From Myxococcales bacterium (GTDB taxonomy: Bacteria; Myxococcota_A; UBA9042), in contig JAGSHB010000002.1 of NCBI GenBank assembly GCA_023954815.1, forward strand, positions 21,990 through 85,989: a DNA stretch of 64,000 nucleotides. Reading direction: 5' to 3'. Positions 56,172-64,000 of the stretch are shown here, piece after piece. The notes below the pieces were generated by a model. That model was not told where the DNA came from, did not search any database, and saw nothing but the letters and a program-made list of their open reading frames with translations. A program made the position numbers and the translations under genes. Position 1 is the first letter of the stretch. The number at the start of each line of letters is the position of its first letter.

Positions 56172-57155
56172 GTGCCAGCAGCGTCAACCGCGGTGCTCGA
56201 GGTTAGTGAGGCTGATGCCGGCATGCGTCTCGACGCGTTCTTGTCGAAGGCTGTCCCGAGTTTATCGCGAGCGCGGGCGTCTTGGCACTTGCGCGGCGGC
56301 CATGTATCGCTGTCTGACCCGGGCGGCAAATTGAAGCCGTCTCACCGCGTTCGAGCCGGATTTTCGGTGTCGATCACCGTGCAAGCGCGTCCCGAGCCGT
56401 CATCTGCACCGGAAGACTTGCCGCTCGACATCCGCTTTGAAGACGACGATTTACTCATTGTTCACAAGCCAGCTGGAATGGTGGTGCATCCCGCGCCAGG
56501 CCATCCCTCTGGCACGCTGATCAACGCGCTGCTCCACCACGTGCCGATCCTGCAGCAGATGGGCGGCGACGAAATCCGTCCTGGATTGGTACACCGGATC
56601 GACAAGGATACGTCAGGGCTGTTGGTGGTCAGCAAGAACGCCGAGGTCATGGTGGCGCTACAAAAACGGTTCGCCACCCACGATATCGAGCGATCCTACT
56701 TGGCGGTCTGCCTGGGTCGCTTGCGCGAAGATCGCCTGACCATCGAAACCTTGCACGGCCGCCATCCGCGTGATCGCAAGCGGTATTCAGGCCGTGTGGA
56801 GCAAGGTCGTCGGGCGGTGACCCACGTCGAAGTGATCGCCAGGTCAGCGCTTTGCAGCCTAGTGCGCTGTACCCTAGAGACCGGTCGAACTCACCAGATT
56901 CGCATGCATCTCGCTGAACGGGGACACCCCATCGCTGGCGACAAGCTCTATGGCGGGGTGCGCAATCATTCGAAGACGCCGCTGACCAGACCCGAAATTG
57001 CCGCCCTCCGGCGGCTCAATCGGCAGGCTTTACATGCGGCAGCGTTGGGCTTTGTGCATCCGGTCAGTGGCGAGACGATGTCTTTTGATGACCCGTTGCC
57101 AGGCGACCTGCGCCAGCTGGTCGAGCGTCTCTTCGGGTCGGATGTGACAATATGA
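56172..57155 (+). CDS. rluD: RluD/RluA-family 23S rRNA pseudouridine synthase
   Basis: S4 domain (RLDAFL). Catalytic HRIDKDTSGLLVV motif. Confidence 0.85.
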   Translation: MPAASTAVLEVSEADAGMRLDAFLSKAVPSLSRARASWHLRGGHVSLSDPGGKLKPSHRVRAGFSVSITVQARPEPSSAPEDLPLDIRFEDDDLLIVHKPAGMVVHPAPGHPSGTLINALLHHVPILQQMGGDEIRPGLVHRIDKDTSGLLVVSKNAEVMVALQKRFATHDIERSYLAVCLGRLREDRLTIETLHGRHPRDRKRYSGRVEQGRRAVTHVEVIARSALCSLVRCTLETGRTHQIRMHLAERGHPIAGDKLYGGVRNHSKTPLTRPEIAALRRLNRQALHAAALGFVHPVSGETMSFDDPLPGDLRQLVERLFGSDVTI

Positions 57156-57183
57156 CGGTCGCTACCGGCGCCCGGCGCTAGAT

Positions 57184-58179
57184 CTACGAGAGCGACGCCA
57201 AGACATCCTCAAAGCCAGCGAAGTCGGAAGCGGACCACTGGGCTGCTGAGAGCACCACGGCGCTACCGTTGCCGTCGTTGCCTGGCATGACCAACTGCAC
57301 ACGAACCGGAAAACAGTGGGCCTCGCCCCGCGCATCCTTACCGACCAGATCGACCCGACCGGAGAGCTTCACCTTCTGATCCAGCGACGCCAACACGACA
57401 CGGCTAGAGCGATCAACCTCAACAGCGCTACGCCGAAGTGCATAACCGGCCAAGGTGAGCTGGCCACCGGGGACTGCCTGCGCGTCGGCAAGGTCTGCGC
57501 CAGCGGCCTTTGGCGACGGCCACGCACCTCCGAAATCCAGGACCGGCGGGGAGGATTCGCCCCCAGCGCTTCCCTCAAAGATCGCGTTTTCTTCGGGCGA
57601 CATCGAGACAGTCGGCGAGTGGCGATGACTGGCCTGCGGGGCAATGTCGCTTGCCGCTGGAGCGGGGTCGATCGATGGCGCACCCGAGGCCGAAGACTGC
57701 AACTGCGCGATCGCCTGACGAAGCAAACGCTCTCGGGCAGTCAGGCGCACCTCCGCGCGCACAAACGCCTGCTCGAAAGCCTGCAGCTCCTTTTCTCGAT
57801 CCTTGAGCTGAGCGGCGCGGCGTTCGAGCACCTCTGAGCGGGTCGCAATCATCGCCACGCGACCGAGCATTAAGGTCTCAGACCGACGAACATAACGCTC
57901 CAGGTCAGCCTCTTGGGTCGCAGCACCACCCCCGAGGCCATGGAGGGCGTCGTCCGCGTCGACCACAGCCCGCGCAGCCCAGGAGGCCAACTTGGCGACC
58001 TGGCCATCAATCCATTCACCACGGGCCGATAGCGCTGAACCCAACGCGGCGACGTGCGCCTCCTGGCCACGCAGCTGCGCCTCCGCCAAGGCCATGTCGA
58101 TCTCCCGACTAGCCAGCAATTCTTCGCTGTTTTTGAGAAATTGCGGCTCGGGTTTGGTGGATTTTGCAGCGTCCTGCAC
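57184..58179 (-). CDS. Hypothetical coiled-coil protein
   Basis: ORF with heptad-rich N-terminal half. No recognisable catalytic motif. Confidence 0.4.
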   Translation of the reverse strand: MQDAAKSTKPEPQFLKNSEELLASREIDMALAEAQLRGQEAHVAALGSALSARGEWIDGQVAKLASWAARAVVDADDALHGLGGGAATQEADLERYVRRSETLMLGRVAMIATRSEVLERRAAQLKDREKELQAFEQAFVRAEVRLTARERLLRQAIAQLQSSASGAPSIDPAPAASDIAPQASHRHSPTVSMSPEENAIFEGSAGGESSPPVLDFGGAWPSPKAAGADLADAQAVPGGQLTLAGYALRRSAVEVDRSSRVVLASLDQKVKLSGRVDLVGKDARGEAHCFPVRVQLVMPGNDGNGSAVVLSAAQWSASDFAGFEDVLASLS

Positions 58180-58195
58180 AACGACCCTCCCGAAC

Positions 58196-60460
58196 TCAGC
58201 GGTTCATTTGCGCGATCCGTTGCCGCCGAACCCGCAACTCTTCGCTGTTTGGATGACGCTTGGCCAGTTCATCTACCAGCGCTACGGCCGACTCATAGAA
58301 ACCGCGTTCGATAAAGAAATCGAGGGTCTTCAGATCGTTGCTGACCCCGCGAGCTCGGGCCGGCTGCTCGTGGCCACCAAACCGGGCGCGCGTCAGACGT
58401 GGCCGCGGCAGGCTGTTGCTGCGCCGCTTTGCGGTGAGCGTAGTCCGGTGTGGCGCTGGGGCTGCCGGCTGCTGAGATGGCGCCGGCTTGGGCGCTTCGC
58501 CATTGTCGAGCGCCTTGAGCTGGTCCAACAAGCCTGGATCAAAGACGGTCGCCTCAGCGCCGCCGTCAAATCCAATTTCACTGTCGAAATCGCGTGCTGC
58601 TGCATGCAACTCCGATGGCGTCGGCGGCGCCACTTTGGCTGGCTCTGGGTTGGTCCTCGACGCCGCCGGTAGGCCGGTGCCGCTGGCATCTGGGGGAACC
58701 GCCAACATCTCTGTCGCATCCGAGGCCTGTGACGCAAAACGATTGCGCGCACCTGAGATCCGTGCATTGGACAGGCGCCCTCTCCGACCAGCGATATCCG
58801 GCCCCGTCGCTGTGAGACGGGCGCGGGCAACCGGAGCCTTGCGAACCACGGGCCGCGCAGGCGCGGGCTGTGCGGCAACCACTTGGCGAGACACAGTCGA
58901 TCGGGGCTGTACACGCTGTGCCGGCGCTGGCTGCGCAGCGACCACCTGCCGAGATGGAGACGCCTTTGGCTGCACACGAGCGGCGGGCGGCGGAGCCTTG
59001 CCGCGCTTCACGTTTGCGCGAGATGGCCGGCTCGAAGGCTGTGCTGCGGCGGGTCTTGGCGCTTGGCGAACGGCAGGGCGCGGGGACGACTGCGGGCGGG
59101 CAGCTTCCTTCGCCGCCGATTTGCGCAACGTCGGCCGCGGAGCCGCGGGCTGACGAACAGCCGGACGGGGGGCAGAAGCCTGACGTTTGTCAGGGCGTTG
59201 TGCTGGACGCGCAGCAGGCTGCCGACCTGATGGCCGTGAGGAGCCGGACGGACGAACAGCCGGACGAGGGGCAGAAACTTGGCGTTTGGCAGGCCTCGCT
59301 GCGGGAACCGCAGGTTCATCAATGCTGATGACGTCCAGAAGCATCGTCTCGTCTTCTTCCTCGGCGTCTGGTTCGGCCGAAAAGGCATCGTCGGGAAGGG
59401 CCGGAGCGTCGTCAATCGCCTCAGCCGGCAGCTCGGGAGCCGCGCTCTCGGCCATCAGTTCATCGATAAAGTCGCCGCCAAAGCCGATCTCACCGTCTTC
59501 ATCGATGTCCTCAACGGGCATCTTGGGTATCTCGTGTTGCTCCAACTCGATGACGGTCTCGGGCGCAACTGCCGGCGCTAGTGCACCCATGGCGGCCTTG
59601 GCTTCTTCGTCATCTGGATCGAGGCCGTACAAGCGCTCCAACGCGCGTTCAGCTTCGGCCATCAGGCCACCGCGGCGGTAGCGGCGGACCAAACGGCGCG
59701 TCAGGGTCGCAGCGCGATCACGAACACCCAAGTACTCCAGCGTCTCGACGATCAACTCGAGCAACTCGGCGTCGTTCGGCTCGCGTTCATAGCAGACAAT
59801 CAGCTTTGACAGCGCCGCTCCATACTTGGCGGACCTCACATAGTGCAGTGCCAAATCATGAGCTAGCGTCACATTCGCGGGGTTGTGGAAGACGGCGCGT
59901 TCAGCGACTTGCTCCCAATCGGCCGTTGCGCCCTGCTCCAACAAGTGCTCAGCCAAACGGGCAAACACCACGGCCGCCTGTTTGTTGCGACCGGCCCGGC
60001 TCAAGGACTCGGCCAGCATCAAGTTGGCGTGCAAATTGCCCGGATCGAGCCGTGTAACGCCGCTGAGCGCATCGAGCATCGCGCTCAGATTGCCTGCTTG
60101 TTTGTAGAGCTCGTAGGCCTCGCGGTACTCCCGAGCAGCATCTTCGATCATCCGCAGACTGGCGAACACCTCGCCGTATGCCATCCGTACGTCGGGTCGT
60201 GCTGGCTGCAGTTTGACCGCTTGGCGGAGCACCGCGACGGCTTTGATTGGAACACCGCGACGTGTGTAGACCGAAGCCACGCGCAAGAGCTCACCAACGG
60301 AGTCCTCGACCCGCTCGTCCTCCTGCAGCAATTCGACCATCGTCAGGCGCGCTTTGACGTCGTGCGGATCTTCCTTGATCACCGCCATGGTGTTGGAGAA
60401 CATGCGCTTACGCTCAGCCCGACCGCGCTTCTTGCGCGGCCGCTGCGTCACTTGGCTCAT
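58196..60460 (-). CDS. TPR-repeat protein with central Pro/Arg/Ala-rich repetitive region
   Basis: ATG at 60460 (a GTG at 60481 is also possible). N-terminal TPR helices. PRPAVRQ-type repeats. C-terminal TPR-like helix pair. Confidence 0.5.
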   Translation of the reverse strand: MSQVTQRPRKKRGRAERKRMFSNTMAVIKEDPHDVKARLTMVELLQEDERVEDSVGELLRVASVYTRRGVPIKAVAVLRQAVKLQPARPDVRMAYGEVFASLRMIEDAAREYREAYELYKQAGNLSAMLDALSGVTRLDPGNLHANLMLAESLSRAGRNKQAAVVFARLAEHLLEQGATADWEQVAERAVFHNPANVTLAHDLALHYVRSAKYGAALSKLIVCYEREPNDAELLELIVETLEYLGVRDRAATLTRRLVRRYRRGGLMAEAERALERLYGLDPDDEEAKAAMGALAPAVAPETVIELEQHEIPKMPVEDIDEDGEIGFGGDFIDELMAESAAPELPAEAIDDAPALPDDAFSAEPDAEEEDETMLLDVISIDEPAVPAARPAKRQVSAPRPAVRPSGSSRPSGRQPAARPAQRPDKRQASAPRPAVRQPAAPRPTLRKSAAKEAARPQSSPRPAVRQAPRPAAAQPSSRPSRANVKRGKAPPPAARVQPKASPSRQVVAAQPAPAQRVQPRSTVSRQVVAAQPAPARPVVRKAPVARARLTATGPDIAGRRGRLSNARISGARNRFASQASDATEMLAVPPDASGTGLPAASRTNPEPAKVAPPTPSELHAAARDFDSEIGFDGGAEATVFDPGLLDQLKALDNGEAPKPAPSQQPAAPAPHRTTLTAKRRSNSLPRPRLTRARFGGHEQPARARGVSNDLKTLDFFIERGFYESAVALVDELAKRHPNSEELRVRRQRIAQMNR

Positions 60461-60553
60461 CTGTGAGGGGGGATTACTCACCGACCTTCCTCATGGGGCG
60501 TGGGCCCCGGTCCTCCATCCTACACGGCAAACGCCATCGGATCGACGCCCTGA

Positions 60554-61114
60554 CTAATCCTTCACGCGCTCAACGTAACCACCGGTGCGCGTATCGATCT
60601 TCAAGCGGTCGGTCTCTTTGATGTACAGCGGAACTTGCAACTCGTAGCCCGTCACGATGGTCACGGGCTTGGTGGCTCCGGTAGCCGTGTTGCCTGCCAC
60701 GCCGGGCTGGCACTCGGTGATCTCAGCGATGATGAAGTTCGGCAGCTCGATCGCGACCGGCCGCTGGTTGTACATCAGCACGCTGACCTCAGCCTGCTCG
60801 ACGAGGTAGTTCTTGTCGGTGCCGACGACGCCCGCATCGATTGCGAATGTCTCGTACGTCTTTGTGTCCATGAAATTGTACTCGCCGTCGTAGTACAAGA
60901 ACGTGGTGCTGATATCCTCGCAATCCGGCGCGCCAACCTTGTCGCCCGAACGGAAGGTGCGATCGATGACCTGGCTCGTGAGCAGGTTCTTGATGCGCGT
61001 GCGCACAAATGCGCCGCCCTTGCCCGGTTTCACGTGCTGGAATTCAACGATGGACCAGAGGTTGCCGTCGATCTCGATCTTGAGGCCTTTTCGAAATTGC
61101 GTTGTGTCGTACAT
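60554..61114 (-). CDS. efp: Elongation factor P
   Basis: Full-length EF-P with KPGKGGAF loop (the conserved Lys of the modification loop). Confidence 0.95.
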   Translation of the reverse strand: MYDTTQFRKGLKIEIDGNLWSIVEFQHVKPGKGGAFVRTRIKNLLTSQVIDRTFRSGDKVGAPDCEDISTTFLYYDGEYNFMDTKTYETFAIDAGVVGTDKNYLVEQAEVSVLMYNQRPVAIELPNFIIAEITECQPGVAGNTATGATKPVTIVTGYELQVPLYIKETDRLKIDTRTGGYVERVKD

Positions 61115-61152
61115 GTCTCTCCGGCGCTACGGCGCGGTGGGGTCGGGCTGAG

Positions 61153-61605
61153 TTAGGTGCCAAAGGTGCCAACGAGGGCACGGAGGGCCAAGAGGTATCC
61201 TTGCGCGCCGAGACCGACAATGCGGCCTGCGACGATGTCTGCGATCAAGGAGCGGTGACGAAACTGCTCGCGGGCGTAGACGTTGCTCAGATGCACTTCG
61301 ATGACCGGTCTGTCAGCGGCGATCAAAGCGTCACGGATAGCGACGCTGGTGTGAGTATACCCACCGGGATTGAGGATGAAAGCGTCGACGTCAGCAGCAG
61401 CGCCAGCGGCGATTCGATCGATGAGGCCACCTTCATGATTGGACTGAAAGTACGTCACATCAATGACTTGTGTAGGGGTGCTCAAGCCGCGGGCGAGGTC
61501 GGTCAGCGAGGCCTCAATGTCGGCGAGCGTCGTCGTACCGTAGATCTCGGGCTGCCGCGTGCCGAGGAGGTTGAGATTTGGGCCGTTGATGACATCGATG
61601 CGCAT
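61153..61605 (-). CDS. aroQ: Type II 3-dehydroquinate dehydratase
   Basis: ATG at 61605. [14 protein letters not shown] and SNVYARE motifs. Confidence 0.9.
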   Translation of the reverse strand: MRIDVINGPNLNLLGTRQPEIYGTTTLADIEASLTDLARGLSTPTQVIDVTYFQSNHEGGLIDRIAAGAAADVDAFILNPGGYTHTSVAIRDALIAADRPVIEVHLSNVYAREQFRHRSLIADIVAGRIVGLGAQGYLLALRALVGTFGT

Positions 61606-61637
61606 GGCTGGCGTTCTAGCGCGATCCGGGCCAACAG

Positions 61638-63347
61638 TCACCCCACACGGCGTCGAAGCGACACGGTCAGCCAACCGAGCGCGATCAGCACCAGCATTCG
61701 AGCGGGCGTACCCGGTGGCAGCGCACCATGATGGGCCGTCACTTGGCACAACCCATCGTCGACCGGGGGACAACCGCCCTGGGTCCACGCCTGACGATAG
61801 GCGCGACAGACGCCGGCGATATCGTCTGGGTGCAGATCGATCTTTGAGGTCTCCCCCGCAGGAGCGCCGCCAAACATCGTCGCGTGGCCGTCCAGGCTGT
61901 GATCGAGACCGAGTAGATGGCCAATTTCGTGGGTCAGCGTGTTGTCGAGGTTGTATTCGGCCAGCTTGCAGGACTCCGCACAGAAGATTTTGTCCTGAAT
62001 GTTGAGTTGAATGTCGGCATCCGCAATTTCACCGGTCAGTTGGTTGGCAGCGACGACCGTGGTCGCGATCACCGCTGAGCCATGGACCCAGTTCTTGCCG
62101 ATGAACGAGAGCTGACTGCCGTTGGGCACCCACTTGCACGTGGTGTTGTCGGGACCAGGTGTCGACCCGTCTGCGCAGTCGAGCGGCAAGCGTTCAGGGG
62201 TGAGTCCCACAAACTTGAAGCTGAGACCCAGAGGATGGCTACCGCAGGCCACCGGTTCACAGGCGATCGAGCGCGGGTCATGACAGAGGTCACACTGCAC
62301 ACTGCTCCATGTCTGAAAGGACCGTGCTGCCGCTGCGATGATGGCCTCATCGTCAATGCCCTGACCGGACAAACCGAACTTCTCAATGCTGTAAGGGACC
62401 TCGCCTGCATACCAACGCTGATGGGCCCCTGAATCGGACCGCGCAAAGACAAAAGCGGAAGCGTCCGTGACCGCTAGGAGCGGCAAATAGAGGGCAACCA
62501 GAGCAAAAGGAGCGAGCCGCCGGAGGGCACGCGTGCCGGCCTTGGCGAGCGAAGATGGTGCAATCATGCCGATAAACCGGCGATGAAAGCCCAACATCAG
62601 CATGACGGCGAGCATGCACCACAGGGTTGCGGATCGCGACGATGGGGTCACCGCAGCGGAACAACCGTGACTGGGATTCCCGGGGTGCGCAGGCTCATTG
62701 TACAGCGCACAGATTCCAGCACGATCATCTTGGTGTAGGGCAGTCATCACCTCACCAGGGTAGCGCATCTCCGTCATCAATGCCGCCGGGTCGGTGCTAT
62801 GACCCAGCCCAAAAACGTGGCCCCACTCGTGCGCCAGGGCCGTCCGAAGATGAACCTCGGCACCCGCACATGCTTTCTCGGTGCGGCAATATACTTGGCT
62901 CACACCGTTGAAGTGCATCGAAAAACCCGAGACTAGCCCACTGCCACTGTTATGGACCAAGGCGGTGAATGCGATGACGTCACTGCCGAGAGGCCACGCG
63001 TCTGGCGCTGATATCGTACGGATATTCACCGCTGTGGATGACATTTCGACGGCGCCGGGCAGCGACGACTTGCAAGCCACAGCCAGCCAGGGCTGCACCG
63101 CGTCTCGGGAGACGGAACTCAGCTTGGAAGACTCAGCCCGCCAGTGAATCTCTGCACCATGGGGCCAGTGCAGCGGTTCAGCCGTCGCTTCTGTACGCGC
63201 GAAGGTGTACGCCCAGCCAGGATCGACCATGAGTTGAAAAGCGCATAAAACCGTTAGAAATATAGGAATGTAGCGCCAACTGCACAGCGAGTGGGACAAC
63301 TGGAGAGGACGTACGAACCACGAAACTGGGGCAGCTAGGGACTTCAT
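61638..63347 (-). CDS. Tandem-duplicated metzincin (matrixin-like) zinc metalloprotease
   Basis: Two HExxHxxGxxH sites ([11 protein letters not shown] and [11 protein letters not shown]). Each is preceded by a signal-like hydrophobic stretch and followed by a hydrophobic segment. Single uninterrupted frame. Confidence 0.6.
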   Translation of the reverse strand: MKSLAAPVSWFVRPLQLSHSLCSWRYIPIFLTVLCAFQLMVDPGWAYTFARTEATAEPLHWPHGAEIHWRAESSKLSSVSRDAVQPWLAVACKSSLPGAVEMSSTAVNIRTISAPDAWPLGSDVIAFTALVHNSGSGLVSGFSMHFNGVSQVYCRTEKACAGAEVHLRTALAHEWGHVFGLGHSTDPAALMTEMRYPGEVMTALHQDDRAGICALYNEPAHPGNPSHGCSAAVTPSSRSATLWCMLAVMLMLGFHRRFIGMIAPSSLAKAGTRALRRLAPFALVALYLPLLAVTDASAFVFARSDSGAHQRWYAGEVPYSIEKFGLSGQGIDDEAIIAAAARSFQTWSSVQCDLCHDPRSIACEPVACGSHPLGLSFKFVGLTPERLPLDCADGSTPGPDNTTCKWVPNGSQLSFIGKNWVHGSAVIATTVVAANQLTGEIADADIQLNIQDKIFCAESCKLAEYNLDNTLTHEIGHLLGLDHSLDGHATMFGGAPAGETSKIDLHPDDIAGVCRAYRQAWTQGGCPPVDDGLCQVTAHHGALPPGTPARMLVLIALGWLTVSLRRRVG

Positions 63348-63580
63348 CGGCCGGCAGCATAGCGAAAGATGGCCGCGTCTGCGGATGGCCGGTTGTCAGC
63401 GCAACGACTGGGGCTCTTCCAAGGGCGCAGTCAGGCCCTGGGCGGTATCGACCCCGCAGGGTGATGCGGCCGGAGGTGGCGCTCGAGAGCGCAGTGAGCA
63501 TGTGTCATTGACCGTGCGTCTTTGACCCCTGTCGTATGGAGCGCTTGCAGACGCAGCCAAAGCGAGCCAGCCTGCGGGCC

Positions 63581-64000
63581 ATGAACGCTCCCCGCATCGC
63601 AATTTTTGATTCAGGCGTCGGCGGTCTCACCGTCGCGAGTGCGGTACATGCGCGGCTGCCCGGCGCGAATCTTCGCTACCTCGGGGACACAGCGCGGCTG
63701 CCCTACGGCACCAAGAGCGCCCACACTGTGACGCGCTATGCCGTACAAGCAGCGGAGGCGTTACTGTCCGATGGCGCGCAGGTCGACGCCCTCGTCGTTG
63801 CCTGTAATACAGCGTCATCCTGTGCCCTTCCGATGCTCAAGGAGCGCTACGACTTTCCAGTTTTGGGGGTCATTGGCCCCGGCGCTCGGCGGGCGGTAGC
63901 GGCGAGTACAAGCGGTCATATCGGCGTGATTGGCACCGAGCGCACGGTGCAATCCGGCGCTTACGAGCAAGCGATTGCCGCGCTCAGTCCAGATGCTGTC
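63581..64000 (+). CDS. murI: Glutamate racemase (3' end beyond window)
   Basis: ATG at 63581. [24 protein letters not shown] and ACNTAS motifs. No stop before the window end, so it is absent from the ORF track. Confidence 0.8.
   Translation, partial: MNAPRIAIFDSGVGGLTVASAVHARLPGANLRYLGDTARLPYGTKSAHTVTRYAVQAAEALLSDGAQVDALVVACNTASSCALPMLKERYDFPVLGVIGPGARRAVAASTSGHIGVIGTERTVQSGAYEQAIAALSPDAV

Overview
This window is 64 kb of high-GC (roughly 65-70%) chromosomal DNA that is densely coding on both strands. The gene content points to a myxobacterium-like deltaproteobacterium (Myxococcota): an ftsE-ftsX-envC cluster, several Ser/Thr-kinase-like proteins, a PilZ protein, a FrzS-like pseudo-receiver/coiled-coil protein, an FHA/sigma-54 activator, a lamin-tail-domain lipoprotein and many TPR giants. 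The ORF track uses ATG, GTG and TTG as starts and writes them all as M, so I re-derived most starts. Housekeeping genes I recognise are ftsE (5'-partial), ftsX, rpe, lspA, trmL, fadA, a HCDH/ECH fatty-acid-oxidation protein, ffh, rluD, efp, aroQ and murI (3'-partial, absent from the ORF track because it runs off the window end). I found no transposases, integrases or CRISPR arrays, and no tRNA or rRNA is evident. The most interesting feature is a lipoprotein with a thioredoxin-fold (TlpA/redoxin-like) domain whose reading frame is interrupted by one in-frame TGA exactly where the first Cys of the CxxC redox motif should be (GW-TGA-SFC). The frame stays open for another 111 codons, and a stable GC-rich hairpin with a GGC apical loop starts 10 nt after the TGA, which fits a bacterial SECIS. 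I therefore call a candidate selenocysteine (UxxC) selenoprotein at 26123..27106. It sits in a periplasmic redox/folding neighbourhood: a divergent beta-propeller::di-haem cytochrome c peroxidase lipoprotein, a shared AT-rich promoter island with inverted repeats, and a convergent parvulin lipoprotein operon. Other notable items are a tandem-duplicated metzincin protease, a two-module radical-SAM-like protein, coding tandem repeats in the FrzS-like and pseudokinase-like genes, a GT39/PMT-like glycosyltransferase, and an 815-bp lower-GC gene-free region with palindromes and a clear intrinsic terminator.
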